Source: Sphaeroforma arctica JP610
Taxonomy: Eukaryota
Assembly: GCF_001186125.1 (NCBI RefSeq)
Contig: NW_014040323.1
Span: 52,085 to 98,367 of the forward strand
Reading direction: 5' to 3'
Length of the DNA stretch: 46,283 nucleotides
The translations under genes were made by a program, and so were the position numbers. The notes under the pieces were generated by a model. It was not told the origin of the DNA and searched no databases. It was given only the letters and a program-made list of their open reading frames with translations. This document shows, piece by piece, positions 23,176-34,800 of this stretch. Positions within the stretch are counted from its first letter, which is position 1. Each line of letters starts with the position of its first letter.

Positions 23176-24730
23176 ATAATCGACTCAATGTGTATAAATA
23201 CACAAATTACATATGTGCGGTTGCTGTGAAACAGAGTGCGAAGCGGTGTGCTTCCGAATGCATAGCCGTAGGTGGGTCCGACTGGCTTTAGCTGATTGTT
23301 TGAAGTTGTTTCGCCATGCTTACGTATAGGACGGAATCTGTTACGCTCAACTTTGAAAACGTAGTGAGTGCCTAGCTGAAGTTGATAAATAGGTACACCT
23401 CACACCTGCGTCAACACGATCATCAGTTCATCACTGAGCATTTGTCTGAACTTTAATATGTAATTCTCAAATTTATATATTATATCGATGTATTTCCATC
23501 ATGTGTTGTCGATTTACTGTGTCTCGGCCTCTGGCCGAAGTAAAACGTAAACCTATATCAATTCCATGTCTATACGTTAAAACGCAAAATGTATTGGGTC
23601 ATGACTCATGACTCATGTTTTTTTAATAAAAAACAAACAAGAACACGTATTTATGTTCAGTTGTTGATTGTTGACCGGTCTGAAGAATTCTCTTTGACAG
23701 TCTTCATTTTGCGAAAATGGGATTTCATAACTTATGAAATTTTCAAACGATTCGGGGACCCAATTATTTGAAAATCACCCTGATGAATGGGTAAAAAGAC
23801 TTTCAAAAATTGATTTCTATTTTGGATAGACCAATAGATTTTGATCAAATTTCACCGCGATACATAGTCCAGTAACATGTTACCAGTTTATTTTTTAGAT
23901 TATTCCGTACTTGTCTATCCTACCCTTTTTTTCGCAATTGGGCAGCCGTTTCATCCTTTTTGGGCCTCGTCCATCGGGGTTTCATTTTATGGACATGGGA
24001 CCGCTGTGGGTTTTTGAATATTTGTTTCTAAAATATGATTGGCTATGCAAAACAGCCGGCTACTAGCATCTAAGAGGCAAAATCCGCTGTTCGAAGACCT
24101 GTCCAATTGGGCGGATGGGTAGGATAGACAATAGAGAGTTGAGACTCGCCCTCCAAAATTGCTTTGAACCGAAACTTGTTTTGAATATTTGGATTGTTTC
24201 CAAATTGTCGAACCCATGAAAATATTTTTTCAATACATAATGAATTGAGACAACCAATGAAATTTCAATTTATCCACATGAGTCAAAAAAATTATTTCGA
24301 GTTTTTTTTAGTCCGGGGCTGGCGGTTTGAATAGTAAATACAGCCTTTCTTTTTTTTTTAAATAGTTTTTATAGTTTAGAGACAAAAGAGCCTTTGTTGA
24401 TTTTTCGATTGTTTTGAAACAAATAGGCAACGTGCTACTACCATGTGTATATGCTCTATTATTATAAATATTATTATATTTATAAGAATAAAACAACAAT
24501 GTCAATCATAAATATATAACCAAAAAATGGGTTGTAAACGTGAATGGTTGTAATCAGGTGTATTTTTATTTTTTTATTTTTTAGTCATTAGAGTTTGGAT
24601 GACGAATTGATGACCGACGGGCGACGGAAGGTTGGGACACTTCGGACTTCTTCCCATTTTGTATTTTATAAATAATTGTTTAGCAACTTTTTGTATTTGT
24701 TTTTTTATTTTTTTATTTATTTTTATTATG

Positions 24731-25580
24731 TACAGTCCTCTTTATATGTCCAGTTCCCGGGATTGGCAAATATTTGGACATATAATGAGGTTAAACAAGT
24801 CTGGGTCAGTTTCATACCATCAGGTTCGGGGTCCAATCTATGGGAGTATGGGTCACACCAGGAGGAATTCTAGGCTCTCTCATTAAATACTCCTTCCCTT
24901 TCGTGACGAGCAAGCCCTGACTTGCACTAAAACCAGCTTCTCTAACCTTACTGACCCACTCAATCAAACGCTTTTCGAGCTCGTGATGTGTTCCTCTCCT
25001 TTCTCGATATTTCTTTTTTATATGTACCTCATAAGACTGACTGAGTATCTTCTCTCCGGACTCCATGAACCTTCTTATCCCTTACGATAGTTGTCTTTAC
25101 ATGATAGGTCTAAGCTGTATTCCGCGTTCTAGATTGTACGCACGATGACACCTTTATCTTTGTTTGTTAGATTGATTCTTTTTGTTGTATTGGAGCTCAC
25201 CTTTGATAATACAGTCTGTTTATATGTTTTCTTCTTCTTACCTACAGTGAGCTTATCTATTATCATACTAGATATTCCTTTCATACCAGACGATTCATCC
25301 TGCTTTGGCGTCGACTGTGGTTTCGATCCGCCTGGTTCACTCGTTGTAGGTCCGTTTTGTGTCAATTCGTCTGGCTCTCTGTCTGTTATTAGTGAAACCA
25401 GACTCCCACATGTCATTCGGTGGCTGGCATTTATCTGTAGACAGGCAGTAACCGATAATATTTGAGCTATACCCCTCACCAAAGGCATGCATACTTCGAT
25501 CGCAACCAGCACATTTGTGTACACCACCCACTGGGTGCGTTGTAGTGCATCCTTTCGCAGAACAGCGTTCACCACTAGAA
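24731..25580 (-). mobile_element. Decayed, internally deleted pogo/Tc5 (Tc1-mariner superfamily) DNA transposon
   Basis: Minus-strand fragments in order: Cys/His finger (CSAKGC..HKCAGCDRSMHAF), HTH_psq-like KRINLTNKDKGVIVRTI, and CENP-B/Tc5 HTH HHELEKRLIEWVSKVREAGFSASQGLLVTKGKE, broken by stops and frameshifts. The end reads TA|CAGT with a 16-bp subterminal inverted pair (24737-24752 / 24775-24790, 15/16 match). No DDE domain seen. Confidence 0.75.
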
Positions 25581-25646
25581 GTGGCTATCGTCGGGAAACA
25601 AAACATCAAACCAATAACTAGCGCATGGTTAAAGCAATACATATGT

Positions 25647-26117
25647 TGTATACGTTGTGGAGAACCTGCTGTACCTGAAAATGATCTAGATGCCTACCCC
25701 TAGGTGGGGATATGGAGAGAGGTAGTATAGATAGATCATACCCGTGGACACTAGAGATGGTAAGGGATATTTCCCAGCTTCAGTAGCCAACTTGGTGATG
25801 GTGCATGTCTGTGGCTAGGTGGACCCAGGTGACAGCAGGGATGCCGAGGGAGGGGGTCCCCTATAAAATAGAGGTGGGGGTAGAATCCTACCTTCTCATC
25901 TTCCATAGCCTTTAAGCACCTCTCACACACTTGGGCTGTACCTGAAAATGAGGTACCAGTCTGCATCGTATGCAGACAAATATGGCACAGTATATGTCGT
26001 CCATCGTGCGGTACAAGTGATGACTTCAACTACATTGGAGGTCCTAAAGACACGTGGTACGGCGTCAAGCGAAGATGTTGCTTTGGCATTAATAAGAGCC
26101 CTAAATGCCCTGGATGT
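25647..26117 (+). pseudogene. PHD-finger-like (C4HC3) coding fragment interrupted by a 267-bp insertion
   Basis: Removing one direct repeat plus the insert gives CIRC-GEPAVPENEVPV-CIVC-RQIW-H-SI-C-...-KCPGC in one frame. Confidence 0.6.
25668..25951. mobile_element. 250-bp insertion flanked by a perfect 17-bp direct repeat (probable target-site duplication)
   Basis: GCTGTACCTGAAAATGA at 25668-25684 and 25935-25951. The insert is G-rich with an internal CTATAAAATAG; no TIRs or poly(A) are evident. Confidence 0.7.
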
Positions 26118-26164
26118 AATAAATACAAACTTATATACATTTTATTACATGTAATTATAGAGGA

Positions 26165-26270
26165 CACACACATACATATATGTATATGTACGTATGTGAA
26201 ATAATATATAATACTAATTTTATATTTATATATATTAATATATTATTCTTATTCTTATTCTTATTCTTAT

Positions 26271-26369
<99 letters not shown>

Positions 26370-26410
26370 TTTTCTTAATATATTCTATATATATATATAT
26401 ATATTTCTAT
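26165..26410. repeat. (TA)n and (TTATTC)n microsatellite
   Basis: Directly visible. Confidence 0.9.
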
Positions 26411-26740
26411 ATTGCGGTTTGTTTTTCTAATATCTTCTATTCCAGATTCCACAGTTTATTCTATACCGTTTACTTTAGTTGATCAGCCTTTTATTTTGAT
26501 TGACAAGGTCTCGCTAAATTAAAATCCCCGGGCGTATCTCCCGGTGTGAACAATTTGTGAGGGGTAGTGGTTCAGCACACTTAACATTGCACACCTGATT
26601 TTTCACAGGAATGTGACTTGTAACTTGTTGCATACGAATGGTGAATTATAAAAGACCTTACACGGCTTTCGATGTTAAATGTTGGTTTTTCTTATAGTGA
26701 GTTGCGATCTAATGACAAAAGTAGAACGCTGACTCCGTCC

Positions 26741-27895
26741 TTAGAATTCACAATCTCCCATGCTAGAGTATCCACAGAAATAAGGACAAATGAACCCAGA
26801 TTCGAAAGGATATAGACAGCCATTTTCCTTCACTTGCGCGAATTGCTCCTCAACGGTGCGTTCATATTCCTCACTTCCCTCGTCGTTGTCGAAAGTAGCG
26901 GGCAAATTGTTGTCAGCCATTGCGCTCTCCTTAGCATACGCGTTAATGGCGTCACAAGAATCTTCACTACTTTGTCCAAAGTATTCGATGTACTGCTCGT
27001 ATGCTGCGCACATTCTGTCAATGGCTATTGAGCTCGGGGTCGACGCTGTAGAGTATGGGCAGTAGAAACTGGCAGGGGTGTCAATATCGCAAAATATTGA
27101 TTCCGCATTATTCAGACGTATTGCCTCAGCTTCAAGTGCCGGCTGGCCATCATCACTGGTGCATTTGCTTTCGTATGAATTGTAAGAGCTGTAAGCACTT
27201 CTTGGCATGAATGAGTTTGTCATAGTCTTCTCGAATGCGAAATTGTTCGATTCTTTGCATCCTCTTTCCTTCTCGATCTGAGCCAAAGAATAGTATACGC
27301 ACATCAAGTTACCGGCATATTCCTGACCCTCCGCATTGCATCTACTTCCAGTTTCTTCACAGCAAACACTGCCGCAGAATGAATACTCACCTGGACAATG
27401 TGGATCCTGACTACACTTCGTCGTCTTTTGAAAGTTTAGATCGGTGTTAACAACCTGGTTGGACTTTGCGCACACAGGTTCACCCCCAGATGCTCTTAAA
27501 TCGTGGTAGAGACAAGTGATGGTGTCCGGTTCTGCTTCTATCTTCTTGCAGCATACTTCCTGGCAGTCTTCGAAGCTCTCAGCGGCAATGTACGTGTCGC
27601 GCTTCTCTTCATCGAGCTCGTAGCCGAAGCCACAATAAGTTCTTCCAAATACCGATTCATTTAAGTATTGCTCTTCGAATGCCGACTCGTTAATCTCTGC
27701 CACACACGTCGTGGAGCAGATGTCTTGTAAATAAACACTTGTCTCTTCGGCGTAGCGCCGCGGACCAGAGGTCCTAATGGGAGGATAAAGAGGTCTCTTG
27801 GCCCAACTGTTGGTCACAGGCTGGGGGTAAAGAGCCGCCTCTGCTACTGCGAGTAGCAGAATTGAGACGGCGATAGTAAAAATATCAGCTAGCAT
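26741..27895 (-). CDS. Secreted, acidic, cysteine-rich protein of unknown function (384 aa, intronless)
   Basis: Intact ORF with a hydrophobic signal peptide, a Pro-rich pro-region with dibasic sites (AKR, PRR), and many Cys including two CxxxCC motifs. Its reading frame is conserved with the paralog at 15165-16327. Confidence 0.9.
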   Translation of the reverse strand: MLADIFTIAVSILLLAVAEAALYPQPVTNSWAKRPLYPPIRTSGPRRYAEETSVYLQDICSTTCVAEINESAFEEQYLNESVFGRTYCGFGYELDEEKRDTYIAAESFEDCQEVCCKKIEAEPDTITCLYHDLRASGGEPVCAKSNQVVNTDLNFQKTTKCSQDPHCPGEYSFCGSVCCEETGSRCNAEGQEYAGNLMCVYYSLAQIEKERGCKESNNFAFEKTMTNSFMPRSAYSSYNSYESKCTSDDGQPALEAEAIRLNNAESIFCDIDTPASFYCPYSTASTPSSIAIDRMCAAYEQYIEYFGQSSEDSCDAINAYAKESAMADNNLPATFDNDEGSEEYERTVEEQFAQVKENGCLYPFESGFICPYFCGYSSMGDCEF

Positions 27896-27956
27896 CTTGT
27901 ATTATGTACACAATAAAATTGAATAGAAAACAATGATAAGAAAGAATAAGAGAAGG

Positions 27957-27970
27957 TGCACTTTTATAGT
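27957..27970 (-). promoter_or_regulatory. TATA box of the intact Cys-rich gene
   Basis: ACTATAAAAGTGCA on the minus strand ~70 nt upstream of ATG 27895. The motif is conserved in the paralog, as is the start context TAATACAAGATGCTAGC. Confidence 0.65.
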
Positions 27971-30044
27971 GCGGAGAATCAAGAAGTGAAGATGACCAGT
28001 TGACCACGAATACATTATTACTAGTTTGCGTCCGCCACGAGTCCACCGCAGCTCGTCCAAAAGAAGTATACAACTTTATTTAAAACTGCTTTTGAAGACC
28101 CCTAAATAAACATCACAAAGTTATCATCTATTTTGTACTACATTTTTTTAATTAAAACAAAACGAATCCAACCTAATTTTTCATTTCTTTGTTCAATTTT
28201 CTGAAGGCTATGATTTGTTTACCCTAAAAAAACCAAACAATATAAATACATACAGATAAATAGTTATTTGGATACATTACTCACATATTTATTTTAGTTA
28301 CATTTTTTTAAACTTTTTTTCAACTTGTTTTAAAATAAAAATTTAAATCCTCCTTAACAACTGCTGTTGTTGACAAAAGGTTTTTATCCATCAGCCATCA
28401 GATGTGAAGATAGTGAGATGACAGATCATCTCTGGCGTTCTGGCCCTAAATGACAAATGTCACCCTGTAATACCGGATCCATTGCTCGACTCAGACAAGT
28501 CTCAGAAGTCAGTAGACTACTACTCTCTAATAGAGCTAGAGAGGTCTCTCTAGAGTAGTAGAGGAGAGTAGTTACATAGAAACTCAGGGAGTTAGGCTCG
28601 GCCGTTACGGTTACCGGGGTAAGCCATTATGGTCCGACCCGCAACCGTCCGTCAATATTCAACTATTTAGTATTTACATACCGCGAGAGCGGCTATATTT
28701 TTTTTATAAATATATTATAGTATCCAAGCGCGCGACTAAAATTCACGCAAAATGGTTTTTATAAAATATATGATTTTTTACTAAAATGTAAAAAGAAAAA
28801 CAGTATACATATGCACAATCTTGACTGAACACCATCATTATTGATGATGATGATGATTCTGTCAGAGTCAGATGTGTGCAGTACATATGCAGATTGCAGT
28901 GAACTGAGTGAAGCAGTGTGCACTGTATGTACAGTGTAGCGTTGTAGACTGCAGTGTGGCTGTAACTGGCTATGCGCCTGTGCCCTGTGGTCAGTCTAGG
29001 ACTCTAGTGTCTGTGCATAATGTGTTGTGAACTGCGAGTGCACTCTGTAGACTGTAAATAAATAACTGAAGGGGAATACAAAAATCTCTCCTCGTTGTCT
29101 CATATATATATATTTATATATATTTAAACAAATGAATCAAAAAGGAGGAAAAACAATCACTTCTTGTCTGGGGACTGGGACGACTTCGGACTGTGGGATG
29201 ACGACATGACGTCTGGGTCTCTGGGAGTCTACATATTAGGTCTCTGGGACATGAGCCTAAAATATCAATAAAAATGAGGTACATAATGAGCTCGTCTGCT
29301 ACATCCTCGCATATTCGTGTTATTTATTTATTTATTAATTTATTTTTAAAAAACCAATTAGCCTTGATTATAATATTTGGATAAAGGCTATGATATGCGC
29401 ATATTATCTATATTTCAAACCAATGGTATGAAACATAAAAAACCATAAATAAAAATGTATATATAAATAGAAATAAATGCTATGATAAATAATCAGTAGT
29501 AGTAACGGTTGAACGTATAAATCTTGGTGATTCATTAAGACTGCGACCACTAAGTCTGACTTTTGGTTCTGCGACCACTGTCTGACGCTCTTGATAGACG
29601 CGTCAACATGCATCGAGCGCAAACATGATAAATTGCAACTGACGCTATACTACTGGTACGATAGCTCTGAAAATGGTAACAAAGCTCAAGGACAATACTA
29701 TTGATAGGTGTGAACAATTATTTGTGCCTGTGAATTATCAAGTTCACAATATCTCTTATGGCAGGATATGTGACAACGTCTCCTGTGACCAGGATGCGCT
29801 CAGGAGACAAAATATCGAACTGGCATGTATTGTGAAAAAGCGATTTTCGGGTATCACCCGATTACAATAGTGTCAAAAAGAGTGTCCAACGTGTGCGTTT
29901 GTAATTTTTGATGTTATTTCGTCCTATTTGGTATAGTTTAAATTACAGGGTCTTTCACGCATACTTGCGAAGTTACACAACTATATGTATGGAAATATAC
30001 GTCCTTCAAAACACNNNNNNNNNNNNNNNNNNNNAATATACTCT

Positions 30045-30089
<45 letters not shown>

Positions 30090-30109
30090 AGAATATGTAT
30101 ATATATATA

Positions 30110-30570
30110 TATGTGCCAAATATGGTATATGTCATAAATATGTCATGTGTACAATATAAGTATTCACGAAATATATTATATAATATAGTATATGGAATAA
30201 AATGTATATGCGATATTTTACATCAGCTATAAACCAGCTACTATACACCTGTACAATTCCTTTCGTATAGCTACTAACTACAGCCACTCTGCCTATATAA
30301 TTATTCTAATATAACTACAAATACAGTTATGCCCATATGATTTTTATAATACAGCCGTGAAATACTATATATTGTAAATATTTCGTAAATGTATATGTAT
30401 ATTGTACACATGGCATATTTCATAAATATGCCTTATTCAGAAATATGGCATATTTTAGAAACATGGCATATTTTAGAAACATGGCATATTTTAGAAACAT
30501 GGCAAATTTATATAAAAAATATGGCATATTTTTTATATATGGCATACTTTTAAATATGGCATATTTCAAA
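30110..30570. mobile_element. Foldback/MITE-like element: imperfect inverted arms plus an 18-bp tandem array
   Basis: Arms ~30134-30190 and ~30363-30424 are reverse complements (aaatatgtcatgtgtacaatata / tatattgtacacatggcatattt). ATGGCATATTTTAGAAAC recurs at an 18-nt period (30445, 30463, 30481, 30499), with further ATGGCATA copies to 30565. Confidence 0.5.
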
Positions 30571-31883
30571 AAAAAATTATACCAATTTTTTTTATTTTTG
30601 CCGTATTTCTGAAATCAACACGCGTAATACGTATTTTTTCCTAATTTCATATCATATTTCATATTTCATATTTAACGTTTTCAGTGCATTTTTATTATTT
30701 TGAAATAATAATATGCCAATTTTTCGCCATATTTATTATCGAAAAATATGTGTTCCTCGGTCAGCTTATGTCACTTGTGAGTTGTGGGGCGTGGGCCCTG
30801 ATGGGGAGTAGAGACTGCCCGACTGGGCAGGGGGTTGTTATTTACTTTGCAATATATTTAAAACAGTCATTTTAGAGAAAAAAAATACTAAAATACAATG
30901 ATACAGATCTAGAAATCCTTTTTTTTTTCATAAATCCAATGGGATATTTTCATATTTATCAGTCTGTCTCCGGCTCACCGGCCTCCACAGACCCCCAATC
31001 CGGAGAGTGCTACCGGCCATGGGCGTGGCGCCGTCATACATATTTAGACAAGTTTCTATATGCAGATGGATATCTATTTTTATTTTTATTCGTTTATTGT
31101 TTGTTTTTTTGTTTTTTAACTAATACAAACCAAAAAGTCACAAATCTTACGCCACTCTTTTCAGTGACTCAGACGCCAACTTTCCAAAACAAAACAAAAC
31201 ATATAAAAAATCATCATAAGTGGTTTGCTTATTTTGTTTTTATAAAAAGGGAAAAATATATTTTCATTGAAAACAGCATTTGTTTGTCAATCTATGAGTC
31301 AATTACTCCTCACTCTTAATATTATGATTTTTTGATTATTTTGTTTTAATAATTCCATCACTGGACAGAAAGGACCTATTTTTATACACTCGCTCTACTA
31401 GTAGTAGAGAGAGACTCCTATACTCCACAGTCAGATGGCGGTCACCATATGGCATATGCTCTGAAAAGTGAAAAGTGAAAAGTGGAAACTCGAAAGTTGA
31501 AACTCAAACTCGAAACTCAAACCCGAATTTCAAATTACAATATGTACATATGTACAATTCGAAAGGTTAATCACTAATCAGTGATGTTATAGCTCACAGC
31601 GTGCTAAATATCATTGGACGTTCACATACAGTACAACAGAGATCGTGACGTATTGCATACCTTTATTTGAAAGAAAACAATGCAAATACACGTCGAATAT
31701 ATCGGCATATATATAACATGCTTTGTAAATTGCTGGTAAAATCACAATCTTTATTTTTATAGTCTGAGGATATTTAGTCACAGCAGTAATATATTATCAA
31801 ACAACTCTTGTTACGAAGTCTATTCGATATAGCAAACACTGGTTTATAAACTGACAACTGATCAGGTACATAGATAGCCAGCA

Positions 31884-34800
31884 ATGACGCCATCTAATAT
31901 CATAAGAGCAGGTTGCCTTCTTGCGGTCGCTGCGACAACCGTTTGTGCTCAAGAAGCCCCATTTTGTGATGCTGACTGCAATACAACACCACGCGTCTGC
32001 TACAACGCAACAGAATTGACTCGACAAGTTCAATTGGGGCTCTCAGGTTGGTGCAGACCTGTGTATATGCGTTATCAAATTTCATCTCGTAGCTTTGTAG
32101 TTTGTGACGGTGTATTACGTTTGAACGTAAGTAACTAACTGTTACAAAATAGTTATTAGGCCGTTTTTGTCCCTTTCATGTCTGGTAAACTTAAGATACT
32201 ATTATTGTACACCTATCCACTATATTGGGCTGCAGTGCTCCTGGGGGCTATCGCGTGAAATACATTATATGCACAACGCACTTGTTTTCACCATCCAAGC
32301 GATTGTTTCGTTCGGCTAAAATACTCCACCCGCTACATACAGACATTTGGATACACCGGAGCATCACATTGGAAGATGTGCTAGAACTTAATCCACCAAG
32401 AGATTTAAATATAAGAGCTTGCAATACCGTCGAGGTCAACTGTTCCCCCAATGGTGCCTTTAAGATCGGGTGGGTGTATGGTTATGGTATTTTACAATCC
32501 AGAGTATTTAGGACAGGTCTAAAACAAGGTGTCTAATGAGCAGGCAATGCTAAGTATTTTTATGTTGCACATATTTTTCTTTGACCCTATCCACTGTGGA
32601 GAAGGTGCAAATTATCATAAAACAACACCTTTGCTTCTTCGACGCAATAGTGAAGGAGCCGAAGGTACGACAGGAGACAGTATTTTTATCGGAGGGTTCT
32701 CTATTGTGGGATGCAATGGTGGGGCTGTGAAGGCAAGGTCGTCGAATTCGATCACCCTGCAGGGACTCGCGATCACGGGACCAGCGTATGTGCAAGCTGA
32801 ATTTTCTAATATTTCCTTTTATTTCTGTGCTCGTCCTGTGTTTTCCATGATAGTGACTGAAACATAATCAAAACTTGCAGAACAGAAATGTCAGAGCCAG
32901 CATCAGCCCTCAATTCCCCTACTGTACTGATAGACAGTTGTAGTTTCAAAGGGAACAGGCTCGATGCCAGTGTTCTTGAAATGGTAGGTCAAGTGCTGTG
33001 TACACTTACACACTTTTACCGCGCAGCTAGAATATCTATTCGTATTCAGATAGAATATCTATTCGCATTAAAGCATGACGGGGAAAGCCATATTATTTGA
33101 CTGTCTGTATTGGTAGTCGCTTTCCTTTTTTACGGCAACTGCGATCACTGATCTGCTGAATCCTTGAACTTTCGCGTGGTCGCTCCTGATCATTTACAGT
33201 TCGAGAGAATCTGTATATCAGCAACTCAGCCATCAGATCGCATCGTACAATGCTGTCAATCCAGCTCAGCTCACGCTATCAAAGTTAATCTGTCTGTTTC
33301 TTTCTTTATCAGGGGGGCGGCGCACTCTATATCGATGCTACAAATGCGACCATCGTTCATTCCGAATTTCACAACAATTCAGCTAATTATGGTGGTGCTA
33401 TTTTCAGCACGCAAGCCTTGGATGTTCAAAATTCCAATGTTACTTCAAATAATTGTTTAAAAGTAAGTTTGCATGTTTCGGTGATTCCTCCAACCTAAAA
33501 ATTATGTATGACAAGTCCAAGAATTTTCTGGTAGTCCAGCAATACTTTTTTTTGGATTGTATATTGTACTCTATTACATTCCTGACTCGTTAAGCGATCT
33601 TTGCATAGGCGGGGTGCGGAATATATGCCATAGGACTGAGCGTGAGCAATTCTAGGTTTTCCGGGAACAACAACAAGGGACAACGTGAAGCAGATCCACA
33701 AACCATAGAAGAAGCTACCAGAGGAGGTGCTATATATTCCGAACTGGGTAGGTCCGCATCTTTTCAGTGACAATAACATTTTAGTGGACTTTCTCAATTA
33801 GAGGCAATTAATTCGAATGATTGCTACGTTGAACTCAACTTAATCTGCCTGGAATGCTAATACTCGATAGGGCTGATGGCGACAAATATTATTTGTGAAG
33901 ATAACGTGGCATACATGGGAGGCTGCTGGTACACGAATAGTGTAACTGAACAGGTGTGAGTTTTATACTTCAGCAACATGTCCACGACGTGATTAGCGCA
34001 GCATGTATAACCCATGTACTTAGTTGATAAGGGTTTATTGCTTGCAATCGAGCAAAAAAAGAGTTTATGCATAAGGTGTTTTGCAAATAAGGTGGTATGT
34101 TTGACAATTGCGTGCTGTGTACCGTTTTTCCTAAACGAGAAGCTTTGTGAAGCGCAAGAGACATTACACAGAGTCCATACTCAAGAGTGTGCAGAATCTA
34201 ACCAAATCTAATGCACATGACAACAGGTCAGCCTCACAGATTCAAATTTTCTTCGAAACTTGGCCCACGATTCTACCGAAGGCTCAGGGCTTGGTGGAGG
34301 CGGAAGGTCAGTATCGAGCATGCGTATTGAAAGGTGTACATTCGACAGTAATCAGGCGAGTTCTGCTTCCATTTTCCAGGCTGATGGTATAGTGGACATT
34401 ATCGGTATGTTTTCTTCGATAGGATATCTTCAATTTTTGAAATGAGCGAGTGTGTTCCCATAGCTGTCCCATTGTCTCAAAATAGTAGCAGTCTAGGTAG
34501 ACTTCAGATAATCTGGAGCGTGTATCCAACCAACTCGGACATTATTTCCGTGATGCAAGATTTGAAAAATGGAGGAATGAAGAACTCTCAATGTTTTTGA
34601 ATTTCATGTACTCTTTCCTCTACCATCAGATTCGGATTTTCGTCATAATATCGGAGTTTCAGCGAGTAGTACACTCTTGTACACAGGGCCAGTCACTGTG
34701 ACCAATTCCAATTTCCACAACAATAGTGCCTTCAACTCTGGTGGAGGTGCTATCAATAGCGAAGCTGCTGAGAACTTTGTCCAGGACTCGAATTTCACTA

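Noticed and set aside
29778..29808. Hairpin GTCTCCTG...CAGGAGAC
   Set aside because: An isolated 8-bp stem, expected by chance in 46 kb, with no supporting context.
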